Source of the DNA: Eledone cirrhosa
Lineage: Eukaryota
DNA length: 64,000 bases
NCBI GenBank assembly: GCA_964016885.1
Contig: OZ024762.1
Span: 30,504,001 to 30,568,000 of the forward strand
Direction: 5' to 3'
Shown: positions 51,501-64,000 of the stretch, in pieces
How positions within the stretch are numbered: position 1 is the first letter of the stretch
How the letters are laid out: every line of letters begins with the position of its first letter
Made by a program: the position numbers and the translations under genes
The notes under the pieces: generated by a model
Told to the model about the DNA's origin: nothing
Database searches by the model: none
The model's input: only the letters and a program-made list of their open reading frames with translations

Positions 51501-54500
51501 CCACTGTTGGTGAGAATTCATTTAAGTTCATGGTATTAGCTGTCAGAAGTAACTCCACTGTTGGTGAGAATTCATTTAAGTTCATGGTATTAGCTGTCAG
51601 AAGTAACTCCACTGTTGGTGAGAATTCATTTAAGTTCATGGTACTAGCTGTCAGAAGTAACTCCACTGTTGGTGAGAATTCATTTAAGTTCATGGTATTA
51701 GCTGTCAGAAGTAACTCCACTGTTGGTGAGAATTCATTTAAGTTCATGGTACTAGCTGTCAGAAGTAACTCCATTGTTGGTGAGAATTCATTTAAGTCAT
51801 GGTACTAGCTGTCAGAAGTAACTCCACTGTTGGTGAGAATTCATTTAAGTTCATGGTACTAGCTGTCAGAAGTAACTCCACTGTTGGTGAGAATTCATTT
51901 AAGTTCATGGTACTAGCTGTCAGAAGTCACTCCAATGTTGGTGAGAATTCATTTAAGTTCATGGTATTAGCTGTCAGGAGTAACTCCACTGTTGGTGAGA
52001 ATTCATTTAAGTTCATGGTATTAGCTGTCAGAAGTAACTCCACTGTTGGTGAGAATTCATTTAAGTTCATGGTATTAGCTGTCAGAAGTAACTCCACTGT
52101 TGGTGAGAATTCATTTAAGTTGATGGTATTAGCTGTCAGAAGGAACTCCACTGTTGGTGAGAATTCATTTAAGTTCATGGTAGTAGCTGTCAGAAGTAAC
52201 TCCACTGTTGGTGAGAATTCATTTAAGTCATGGTATTAGTTGTCAGAAGTAACTCCAATGTTGGTGAGAATTCATTTAAGTCATGGTACTAGCTGTCAGA
52301 AGTAACTCCAATGTTGGTGAGAATTCATTTAAGTTCATGGTATTAGCTGTCAGAAGGAACTCCACTGTTGGTGAGAATTCATTTAAGTTCATGGTATTAG
52401 CTGTCAGAAGTAACTCCACTGTTGGTGAGAATTCATTTAAGTTCATGGTACTAGCTGTCAGAAGTAACTCCAATGTTGGTGAGAATTCATTTAAGTTCAT
52501 GGTATTAGCTGTCAGAAGTAACTCCACTGTTGGTGAGAATTCATTTAAGTCATGGTATTAGCTGTCAGAAGTAACTCCACTGTTGGTGAGAATTCATTTA
52601 AGTCATGGTATTAGCTGTCAGAAGTAACTCCATTGTTGGTGAGAATTCATTTAAGTAATGGTACTAGCTGTCAGAAGTAACTCCACTGTTGGTGAGAATT
52701 CATTTAAGTTCATGGTACAAGCTGTCAGAAGTAACTCCACTGTTGGTGAGAATTCATTTAAGTTCATGGTACTAGCTGTCAGAAGTAACTCCACTGTTGG
52801 TGAGAATTCATTTAAGTTCATGGTACTAGCTGTCAGAAGTAACTCCACTGTTGGTGAGAATTCATTTAAGTTCATGGTACTAGCTGTCAGAGGTAACCCC
52901 AATGTTGGTGAGAATTCATTTAAGTCATGGTACTAGCTGTCAGAAGTAACTCCACTGTTGGTGAGAATTCATTTAAGTTCATGGTATTAGCTGTCAGAAG
53001 GAACTCCACTGTTGGTGAGAATTCATTTAAGTTCATTGTATTAGCTGTCAGAAGTAACTCCACTGTTGGTGAGAATTCATTTAAGTTCATGGTACTAGCT
53101 GTCAGAAGTAACTCCAATGTTGGTGAGAATTCATTTAAGTCATGGTACTAGCTGTCAGAAGTAACTCCAATGTTGGTGAGAATTCATTTAAGTTCATGGT
53201 ATTAGCTGTTAGAAGGAACTCCACTGTTGGTGAGAATTCATTTAAGTTCATGGTATTAGCTGTCAGAAGTAACTCCACTGTTGGTGAGAATTCATTTAAG
53301 TTCATGGTACTAGCTGTCAGAAGTAACTCCACTGTTGGTGAGAATTCAGTTAAGTTCATGGTACTAGCTGTCAGAAGTCACTCCAATGTTGGTGAGAATT
53401 CATTTAAGTTCATGGTACTAGCTGTCAGAAGTAACTCCACTGTTGGTGAGAATTCATTTAAGTTGATGGTATTAGCTGTCAGAAGGAACACCACTGTTGG
53501 TGAGAATTCATTTAAGTTCATGGTACTAGCTGTCAGAAGTAACTCCACTGTTGGTGAGAATTCAGTTAAGTTCATGGTACTAGCTGTCAGAAGTCACTCC
53601 AATGTTGGTGAGAATTCATTTAAGTTCATGGTACTAGCTGTCAGAAGTAACTCCACTGTTGGTGAGAATTCATTTAAGTTCATGGTATTAGCTGTCAGAA
53701 GGAACACCACTGTTGGTGAGAATTCATTTAAGTTCATGGTATTAGCTGTCAGATGTAACTCCACTGTTGGTGAGAATTCATTTAGGTTCATGGTACTAGC
53801 TGTCAGAAGTAACTCCACTGTTGGTGAGAATTCAGTTAAGTTCATGGTATTAGTTGTCAGAAGTAACTCCACTGTTGGTGAGAATTCATTTAAATCATGG
53901 TATTAGTTGTCAGAAGTAACTCCAATGTTGGTGAGAATTCATTTAAGTTCATGGTACTAGCTGTCAGAAGTAAGTCCACTGTTGGTGAGAATTCATTTAA
54001 GTTCATGGTATTAGCTGTCAGAAGTAACTCCACTGTTGGTGAGAATTCATTTAAGTCATGGTATTAGCTGTCAGAAGTAACTCCATTGTTGGTGAGAATT
54101 CATTTAAGTCATGGTACTAGCTGTCAGAAGTAACTCCACTGTTGGTGAGAATTCATTTAAGTTCATGGTATTAGCTGTCAGAAGGAACTCCACTGTTGGT
54201 GAGAATTCATTTAAGTTCATGGTACTAGCTGTCAGAAGTAACTCCACTGTTGGTGAGAATTCATTTAAGTTCATGGTACTAGCTGTCAGAAGGAACTCCA
54301 CTGTTGGTGAGAATTCATTTAAGTTCATGGTATTAGCTGTCAGAAGTAACTCCAATGTTGGTGAGAATTCATTTAAGTCATGGTACTAGCTGTCAGAAGT
54401 AACTCCACTGTTGGTGAGAATTCATTTAAGTTTATGGTATTAGCTGTCAGAAGGAACTCCACTGTTGGTGAGAATTCATTTAAGTTCATGGTATTAGCTG

Positions 54501-57500
54501 TCAGAAGTAACTCCAATGTTGGTGAGAATTCATTTAAGTTCATGGTATTAGCTGTCAGAAGTAACTCCACTGTTGGTGAGAATTCATTTAAGTTCATGGT
54601 ATTAGCTGTCAGAAGTAACTCCACTGTTGGTGAGAATTCATGTAAGTTCATGGTACTAGCTGTCAGAAGTAACTCCACTGTTGGTGAGAATTCATTTAAG
54701 TTCATGGTACTAGCTGTCAGAAGTAACCCCAATGTTGGTGAGAATTCATTTAAGTTCATGGTATTAGCTGTCAGAAGTCACTCCATTGTTGGTGAGAATT
54801 CATTTAAGTTCATGGTATTAGCTGTCAGAAGTAACTCCACTGTTGGTGAGAATTCATTTAAGTTCATGGTATTAGCTGTCAGAAGTAACTCCACTGTTGG
54901 TGAGAATTCATTTAAGTTCATGGTATTAGCTGTCAGAAGTAACTCCACTGTTGGTGAGAATTCATTTAAGTTCATGGTACTAGCTGTCAGAAGTAACTCC
55001 ACTGTTGGTGAGAATTCATTTAAGTTCATGGTATTAGCTGTCAGAAGTAACTCCACTGTTGGTGAGAATTCATTTAAGTCATGGTATTAGCTGTCAGAAG
55101 TAACTCCATTGTTGGTGAGAATTCATTTAAGTCATGGTACTATCTGTCAGAAGTAACTCCACTGTTGGTGAGAATTCATTTAAGTTCATGGTACTAGCTG
55201 TCAGAAGTAACTCCACTGTTGGTTAGAATTCATTTAAGTTCATGGTACTAGCTGTCAGAAGTAACTACACTGTTGGTGAGAATTCATTTAAGTTCATGGT
55301 ACTAGCTGTCAGAAGTAACTCCACTGTTGGTGAGAATTCATTTAAGTTCATGGTACTAGCTGTCAGAAGTAACTCCAATGTTGGTGAGAATTCATTTAAG
55401 TCATGGTACTAGCTGTCAGAAGTAACTCCACTGTTGGTGAGAATTCATTTAAGTTCATGGTATTAGCTGTCAGAAGGAACTCCACTGTTGGTGAGAATTC
55501 ATTTAAGTTCATGGTATTAGCTGTCAGAAGTAACACCACTGTTGGTGAGAATTCATTTAAGTTCATGGTACTAGCTGTCAGAAGTAACTCCACTGTTGGT
55601 GAGAATTCATTTAAGTTCATGGTACTAGCTGTCAGAAGTAACCCCAATGTTGGTGAGAATTCATTTAAGTTCATGGTATTAGCTGTCAGAAGTCACTCCA
55701 CTGTTGGTGAGAATTCATTTAAGTTCATGGTATTAGCTGTCAGAAGTAACTCCACTGTTGGTGAGAATTCATTTAAGTTCATGGTATTAGCTGTCAGAAG
55801 TAACTCCACTGTTGGTGAGAATTCATTTAAGTTCATGGTACTAGCTGTCAGAAGTAACTCCACTGTTGGTGAGAATTCATTTAAATCATGGTACTAGCTG
55901 TCAGAAGTAACTCCACTGTTGGTGAGAATTCATTTAAGTTCATGGTACTAGCTGTCAGAAGTAACCCCAATGTTGGTGAGAATTCATTTAAGTTCATGGT
56001 ATTAGCTGTCAGAAGTCACTCCACTGTTGGTGAGAATTCATTTAAGTTCATGGTATTAGCTGTCAGAAGTAACTCCACTGTTGGTGAGAATTCATTTAAG
56101 TTCATGGTATTAGCTGTCAGAAGTAACTCCACTGTTGGTGAGAATTCATTTAAGTTCATGGTATTAGCTGTCAGAAGTAACTCCACTGTTGGTGAGAATT
56201 CATTTAAGTTCATGGTACTAGCTGTCAGAAGTAACTCCACTGTTGGTGAGAATTCATTTAAGTTCATGGTATTAGCTGTCAGAAGTAACTCCACTGTTGG
56301 TGAGAATTCATTTAAGTTCATGGTACTAGCTGTCAGAAGTAACTCCATTGTTGGTGAGAATTCATTTAAGTCATGGTACTAGCTGTCAGAAGTAACTCCA
56401 CTGTTGGTGAGAATTCATTTAAGTTCATGGTACTAGCTGTCAGAAGTAACTCCACTGTTGGTGAGAATTCATTTAAGTTCATGGTACTAGCTGTCAGAAG
56501 TCACTCCAATGTTGGTGAGAATTCATTTAAGTTCATGGTATTAGCTGTCAGGAGTAACTCCACTGTTGGTGAGAATTCATTTAAGTTCATGGTATTAGCT
56601 GTCAGAAGTAACTCCACTGTTGGTGAGAATTCATTTAAGTTCATGGTATTAGCTGTCAGAAGGAACTCCACTGTTGGTGAGAATTCATTTAAGTTCATGG
56701 TATTAGCTGTCAGAAGTAACTCCACTGTTGGTGAGAATTCATTTAAGTTCATGGTACTAGCTGTCAGAAGTAACTCCAATGTTGGTGAGAATTCATTTAA
56801 GTTCATGGTATTAGCTGTCAGAAGTAACTCCACTGTTGGTGAGAATTCATTTAAGTCATGGTATTAGCTGTCAGAAGTAACTCCACTGTTGGTGAGAATT
56901 CATTTAAGTCATGGTATTAGCTGTCAGAAGTAACTCCATTGTTGGTGAGAATTCATTTAAGTAATGGTACTAGCTGTCAGAAGTAACTCCACTGTTGGTG
57001 AGAATTCATTTAAGTTCATGGTACAAGCTGTCAGAAGTAACTCCACTGTTGGTGAGAATTCATTTAAGTTCATGGTACTAGCTGTCAGAAGTAACTCCAC
57101 TGTTGGTGAGAATTCATTTAAGTTCATGGTACTAGCTGTCAGAAGTAACTCCACTGTTGGTGAGAATTCATTTAAGTTCATGGTACTAGCTGTCAGAGGT
57201 AACCCCAATGTTGGTGAGAATTCATTTAAGTCATGGTACTAGCTGTCAGAAGTAACTCCACTGTTGGTGAGAATTCATTTAAGTTCATGGTATTAGCTGT
57301 CAGAAGGAACTCCACTGTTGGTGAGAATTCATTTAAGTTCATTGTATTAGCTGTCAGAAGTAACTCCACTGTTGGTGAGAATTCATTTAAGTTCATGGTA
57401 CTAGCTGTCAGAAGTAACTCCAATGTTGGTGAGAATTCATTTAAGTCATGGTACTAGCTGTCAGAAGTAACTCCAATGTTGGTGAGAATTCATTTAAGTT

Positions 57501-60500
57501 CATGGTATTAGCTGTTAGAAGGAACTCCACTGTTGGTGAGAATTCATTTAAGTTCATGGTATTAGCTGTCAGAAGTAACTCCACTGTTGGTGAGAATTCA
57601 TTTAAGTTCATGGTACTAGCTGTCAGAAGTAACTCCACTGTTGGTGAGAATTCAGTTAAGTTCATGGTACTAGCTGTCAGAAGTCACTCCAATGTTGGTG
57701 AGAATTCATTTAAGTTCATGGTACTAGCTGTCAGAAGTAACTCCACTGTTGGTGAGAATTCATTTAAGTTGATGGTATTAGCTGTCAGAAGGAACACCAC
57801 TGTTGGTGAGAATTCATTTAAGTTCATGGTACTAGCTGTCAGAAGTAACTCCACTGTTGGTGAGAATTCAGTTAAGTTCATGGTACTAGCTGTCAGAAGT
57901 CACTCCAATGTTGGTGAGAATTCATTTAAGTTCATGGTACTAGCTGTCAGAAGTAACTCCACTGTTGGTGAGAATTCATTTAAGTTCATGGTATTAGCTG
58001 TCAGAAGGAACACCACTGTTGGTGAGAATTCATTTAAGTTCATGGTATTAGCTGTCAGATGTAACTCCACTGTTGGTGAGAATTCATTTAGGTTCATGGT
58101 ACTAGCTGTCAGAAGTAACTCCACTGTTGGTGAGAATTCAGTTAAGTTCATGGTATTAGTTGTCAGAAGTAACTCCACTGTTGGTGAGAATTCATTTAAA
58201 TCATGGTATTAGTTGTCAGAAGTAACTCCAATGTTGGTGAGAATTCATTTAAGTTCATGGTACTAGCTGTCAGAAGTAAGTCCACTGTTGGTGAGAATTC
58301 ATTTAAGTTCATGGTATTAGCTGTCAGAAGTAACTCCACTGTTGGTGAGAATTCATTTAAGTCATGGTATTAGCTGTCAGAAGTAACTCCATTGTTGGTG
58401 AGAATTCATTTAAGTCATGGTACTAGCTGTCAGAAGTAACTCCACTGTTGGTGAGAATTCATTTAAGTTCATGGTATTAGCTGTCAGAAGGAACTCCACT
58501 GTTGGTGAGAATTCATTTAAGTTCATGGTACTAGCTGTCAGAAGTAACTCCACTGTTGGTGAGAATTCATTTAAGTTCATGGTACTAGCTGTCAGAAGGA
58601 ACTCCACTGTTGGTGAGAATTCATTTAAGTTCATGGTATTAGCTGTCAGAAGTAACTCCAATGTTGGTGAGAATTCATTTAAGTCATGGTACTAGCTGTC
58701 AGAAGTAACTCCACTGTTGGTGAGAATTCATTTAAGTTTATGGTATTAGCTGTCAGAAGGAACTCCACTGTTGGTGAGAATTCATTTAAGTTCATAGTAT
58801 TAGCTGTCAGAAGTAACTCCAATGTTGGTGAGAATTCATTTAAGTTCATGGTATTAGCTGTCAGAAGTAACTCCACTGTTGGTGAGAATTCATTTAAGTT
58901 CATGGTATTAGCTGTCAGAAGTAACTCCACTGTTGGTGAGAATTCATGTAAGTTCATGGTACTAGCTGTCAGAAGTAACTCCACTGTTGGTGAGAATTCA
59001 TTTAAGTTCATGGTACTAGCTGTCAGAAGTAACCCCAATGTTGGTGAGAATTCATTTAAGTTCATGGTATTAGCTGTCAGAAGTCACTCCATTGTTGGTG
59101 AGAATTCATTTAAGTTCATGGTATTAGCTGTCAGAAGTAACTCCACTGTTGGTGAGAATTCATTTAAGTTCATGGTATTAGCTGTCAGAAGTAACTCCAC
59201 TGTTGGTGAGAATTCATTTAAGTTCATGGTATTAGCTGTCAGAAGTAACTCCACTGTTGGTGAGAATTCATTTAAGTTCATGGTACTAGCTGTCAGAAGT
59301 AACTCCACTGTTGGTGAGAATTCATTTAAGTTCATGGTATTAGCTGTCAGAAGTAACTCCACTGTTGGTGAGAATTCATTTAAGTCATGGTATTAGCTGT
59401 CAGAAGTAACTCCATTGTTGGTGAGAATTCATTTAAGTCATGGTACTATCTGTCAGAAGTAACTCCACTGTTGGTGAGAATTCATTTAAGTTCATGGTAC
59501 TAGCTGTCAGAAGTAACTCCACTGTTGGTTAGAATTCATTTAAGTTCATGGTACTAGCTGTCAGAAGTAACTACACTGTTGGTGAGAATTCATTTAAGTT
59601 CATGGTACTAGCTGTCAGAAGTAACTCCACTGTTGGTGAGAATTCATTTAAGTTCATGGTACTAGCTGTCAGAAGTAACTCCAATGTTGGTGAGAATTCA
59701 TTTAAGTCATGGTACTAGCTGTCAGAAGTAACTCCACTGTTGGTGAGAATTCATTTAAGTTCATGGTATTAGCTGTCAGAAGGAACTCCACTGTTGGTGA
59801 GAATTCATTTAAGTTCATGGTATTAGCTGTCAGAAGTAACACCACTGTTGGTGAGAATTCATTTAAGTTCATGGTACTAGCTGTCAGAAGTAACTCCACT
59901 GTTGGTGAGAATTCATTTAAGTTCATGGTACTAGCTGTCAGAAGTAACCCCAATGTTGGTGAGAATTCATTTAAGTTCATGGTATTAGCTGTCAGAAGTC
60001 ACTCCACTGTTGGTGAGAATTCATTTAAGTTCATGGTATTAGCTGTCAGAAGTAACTCCACTGTTGGTGAGAATTCATTTAAGTTCATGGTATTAGCTGT
60101 CAGAAGTAACTCCACTGTTGGTGAGAATTCATTTAAGTTCATGGTACTAGCTGTCAGAAGTAACTCCACTGTTGGTGAGAATTCATTTAAATCATGGTAC
60201 TAGCTGTCAGAAGTAACTCCACTGTTGGTGAGAATTCATTTAAGTTCATGGTACTAGCTGTCAGAAGTAACCCCAATGTTGGTGAGAATTCATTTAAGTT
60301 CATGGTATTAGCTGTCAGAAGTCACTCCACTGTTGGTGAGAATTCATTTAAGTTCATGGTATTAGCTGTCAGAAGTAACTCCACTGTTGGTGAGAATTCA
60401 TTTAAGTTCATGGTATTAGCTGTCAGAAGTAACTCCACTGTTGGTGAGAATTCATTTAAGTTCATGGTATTAGCTGTCAGAAGTAACTCCACTGTTGGTG

Positions 60501-62021
60501 AGAATTCATTTAAGTTCATGGTACTAGCTGTCAGAAGTAACTCCACTGTTGGTGAGAATTCATTTAAGTTCATGGTATTAGCTGTCAGAAGTAACTCCAC
60601 TGTTGGTGAGAATTCATTTAAGTTCATGGTACTAGCTGTCAGAAGTAACTCCATTGTTGGTGAGAATTCATTTAAGTCATGGTACTAGCTGTCAGAAGTA
60701 ACTCCACTGTTGGTGAGAATTCATTTAAGTTCATGGTACTAGCTGTCAGAAGTAACTCCACTGTTGGTGAGAATTCATTTAAGTTCATGGTACTAGCTGT
60801 CAGAAGTCACTCCAATGTTGGTGAGAATTCATTTAAGTTCATGGTATTAGCTGTCAGGAGTAACTCCACTGTTGGTGAGAATTCATTTAAGTTCATGGTA
60901 TTAGCTGTCAGAAGTAACTCCACTGTTGGTGAGAATTCATTTAAGTTCATGGTATTAGCTGTCAGAAGTAACTCCACTGTTGGTGAGAATTCATTTAAGT
61001 TGATGGTATTAGCTGTCAGAAGGAACTCCACTGTTGGTGAGAATTCATTTAAGTTCATGGTAGTAGCTGTCAGAAGTAACTCCACTGTTGGTGAGAATTC
61101 ATTTAAGTCATGGTATTAGTTGTCAGAAGTAACTCCAATGTTGGTGAGAATTCATTTATGTCATGGTACTAGCTGTCAGAAGTAACTCCAATGTTGGTGA
61201 GAATTCATTTAAGTTCATGGTATTAGCTGTCAGAAGGAACTCCACTGTTGGTGAGAATTCATTTAAGTTCATGGTATTAGCTGTCAGAAGTAACTCCACT
61301 GTTGGTGAGAATTCATTTAAGTTCATGGTACTAGCTGTCAGAAGTAACTCCAATGTTGGTGAGAATTCATTTAAGTTCATGGTATTAGCTGTCAGAAGTA
61401 ACTCCACTGTTGGTGAGAATTCATTTAAGTCATGGTATTAGCTGTCAGAAGTAACTCCACTGTTGGTGAGAATTCATTTAAGTCATGGTATTAGCTGTCA
61501 GAAGTAACTCCATTGTTGGTGAGAATTCATTTAAGTAATGGTACTAGCTGTCAGAAGTAACTCCACTGTTGGTGAGAATTCATTTAAGTTCATGGTACAA
61601 GCTGTCAGAAGTAACTCCACTGTTGGTGAGAATTCATTTAAGTTCATGGTACTAGCTGTCAGAAGTAACTCCACTGTTGGTGAGAATTCATTTAAGTTCA
61701 TGGTACTAGCTGTCAGAAGTAACTCCACTGTTGGTGAGAATTCATTTAAGTTCATGGTACTAGCTGTCAGAGGTAACCCCAATGTTGGTGAGAATTCATT
61801 TAAGTCATGGTACTAGCTGTCAGAAGTAACTCCACTGTTGGTGAGAATTCATTTAAGTTCATGGTATTAGCTGTCAGAAGGAACTCCACTGTTGGTGAGA
61901 ATTCATTTAAGTTCATTGTATTAGCTGTCAGAAGTAACTCCACTGTTGGTGAGAATTCATTTAAGTTCATGGTACTAGCTGTCAGAAGGAACTCCAATGT
62001 TGGTGAGAATTCATTTAAGTC
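48568..62021. repeat. Right domain: three tandem copies of an 85-monomer HOR (4574, 4306 and 4574 bp)
   Basis: Units start at 48568, 53142 and 57448. Internal blocks match at 49806/54380/58686, 50829/55403/59709, 51314/55888/60194 and 52658/56964/61538. Private markers are AAGTAATGG, GTACAAGC, AGAGGTAACCCC, TTCATTGTA, GTCAGGAG and AAGTAAGTCC. Confidence 0.9.
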
Positions 62022-64000
62022 ATGGTACTAGCTGTCAGAAGTAACTCCAATGTTGGTGAGAATTCATTTAAGTTCATGGTATTAGCTGTCAGAAGGAACT
62101 CCACTGTTGGTGAGAATTCATTTAAGTTCATGGTATTAGCTGTCAGAAGTAACTCCACTGTTGGTGAGAATTCATTTAAGTTCAGGGTACTAGCTGTCAG
62201 AAGTAACTCCAATGTTGGTGAGAATTCATTTAAGTTCATGGTATTAGCTGTCAGAAGTAACTCCACTGTTGGTGAGAATTCATTTAAGTCATGGTATTAG
62301 CTGTCAGAAGTAACTCCATTGTTGGTGAGAGTTCATTTAAGTCATGGTACTAGCTGTCAGAAGTAACTCCACTGTTGGTGAGAATTCATTTAAGTTCATG
62401 GTATTAGCTGTCAGAAGTAACTCCACTGTTGGTGAGAATTCATTTAAGTCATGGTATTAGCTGTCAGAAGTAACTCCATTGTTGGTGAGAATTCATTTAA
62501 GTCATGGTACTAGCTGTCAGAAGTAACTCCACTGTTGGTGAGAATTCATTTAAGTTCATGGTACTAGCTGTCAGAAGTAACTCCACTGTTGGTGAGAATT
62601 CATTTAAGTTCATGGTACTAGCTGTCAGAAGTAACTCCACTGTTGGTGAGAATTAATTTAAGTTCATGGTACTAGCTGTCAGAAGTAACTCCACTGTTGG
62701 TGAGAATTCATTTAAGTTCATGGTACTAGCTGTCAGAAGTAACTCCAATGTTGGTGAGAATTCATTTAAGTCATGGTACTAGCTGTCTGAAGTAACTCCA
62801 CTGTTGGTGAGAATTCATTTAAGTTCATGGTACTAGCTGTCAGAAGTAACTCCACTGTTGGTGAGAATTCATTTAAGTTCATGGTATTAGCTGTCAGAAG
62901 TAACTCCACTGTTGGTGAGAATTCATTTAAGTCATGGTATTAGCTGTCAGAAGTAACTCCATTGTTGGTGAGAATTCATTTAAGTCATGGTACTATATGT
63001 CAGAAGTAACTCCACTGTTGGTGAGAATTCATTTAAATTCATGGTACTAGCTGTCAGAAGTAACTCCACTGTTGGTTAGAATTCATTTAAGTTCATGGTA
63101 CTAGCTGTCAGAAGTAACTCCATTGTTGGTGAGAATTCATTTAAGTTCATGGTACTAGCTGTCAGAAGTAACTCCACTGTTGGTGAGAATTCATTTAAGT
63201 TCATGGTACTAGCTGTCAGAAGTAACTCCAATGTTGGTGAGAATTCATTTAAGTCATGGTACTAGCTGTCAGAAGTAACTCCACTGTTGGTGAGAATTCA
63301 TTTAAGTTCATGGTATTAGCTGTCAGAAGGAACTCCACTGTTGGTGAGAATTCATTTAAGTTCATGGTATTAGCTATCAGAAGTAACACCACTGTTGGTG
63401 AGAATTCATTTAAGTTCATGGTACTAGCTGTCAGAAGTAACTCCACTGTTGGTGAGAATTCATTTAAGTTCATGGTACTAGCTGTCAGAAGTAACCCCAA
63501 TGTTGGTGAGAATTCATTTAAGTTCATGGTATTAGCTGTCAGAAGTCACTCCACTGTTGGTGAGAATTCATTTAAGTTCATGGTATTAGCTGTCAGAAGT
63601 AACTCCACTGTTGGTGAGAATTCATTTAAGTTCATGGTATTAGCTGTCAGAAGTAACTCCACTGTTGGTGAGAATTCATTTAAGTTCATGGTACTAGCTG
63701 TCAGAAGTAACTCCACTGTTGGTGAGAATTCATTTAAATCATGGTACTAGCTGTCAGAAGTAACTCCACTGTTGGTGAGAATTCATTTAAGTTCATGGTA
63801 CTAGCTGTCAGAAGTAACCCCAATGTTGGTGAGAATTCATTTAAGTTCATGGTATTAGCTGTCAGAAGTCACTCCACTGTTGGTGAGAATTCATTTAAGT
63901 TCATGGTATTAGCTGTCAGAAGTAACTCCACTGTTGGTGAGAATTCATTTAAGTTCATGGTATTAGCTGTCAGAAGTAACTCCACTGTTGGTGAGAATTC

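Larger units (their letters stand above)
1..64000. repeat. Satellite DNA array of a 54-bp monomer (with 53-bp and rare 55-bp length variants), about 1,190 head-to-tail copies, continuing beyond both window edges
   Basis: Directly visible: ATGGTAYTAGCTGTCAGAAGTAACTCCACTGTTGGTGAGAATTCATTTAAGTTC recurs continuously from the first to the last base (first complete 54-mer at 158-211). Most monomers differ from consensus at only 0-3 positions. Copy number is estimated as 64000/~53.8. Confidence 0.99.

Noticed and set aside
1-64000. CRISPR array or a spacer/cassette recording system
   Set aside because: There are no unique spacers between repeats, no leader and no cas or recombinase genes. Variation is limited to point changes inherited in duplicated blocks.
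1-64000. Assignment to a known satellite family (alpha satellite, beta satellite, mouse lemur Mm53, telomeric repeat) or to a taxon
   Set aside because: Length and sequence do not match families I can recall with confidence. A database search is required.
1-64000. Sequencing artefact such as a rolling-circle concatemer or synthetic construct
   Set aside because: Variants recur in hierarchical, shared multi-kb patterns consistent with evolutionary duplication rather than random error. Individual copy numbers still need read validation.

Overview
The whole 64 kb window is one uninterrupted, head-to-tail satellite DNA array. The 54-bp monomer consensus is ATGGTA(C/T)TAGCTGTCAGAAGTAACTCCACTGTTGGTGAGAATTCATTTAAGTTC (about 37-39% GC, one EcoRI site, no CpG). 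There are roughly 1,190 copies, all in the same orientation. Frequent 53-bp variants lose one T (AAGTTCATG to AAGTCATG), and three monomers are 55 bp. I see no unique sequence, transposon insertion, inversion, RNA gene or CRISPR spacer. All ORFs in the track are by-products of a 54-bp (18-codon) unit that happens to be stop-free in one frame per strand, so I call no CDS. The real structure lies in the ordering of monomer variants. These reveal nested, monomer-phased higher-order repeats (HORs) and duplications with offsets of 323, 484, 1185, 2154, 2639, 3016, 3498, 3554-3556, 4306/4574, 5225, 8237 and about 13.7-14 kb. They also define three spatial variant domains and traces of an older 5-6-mer HOR. 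The pattern resembles a eukaryotic (peri)centromeric or heterochromatic satellite. I do not recognise the family or organism, and I find no evidence for a novel protein-coding system.
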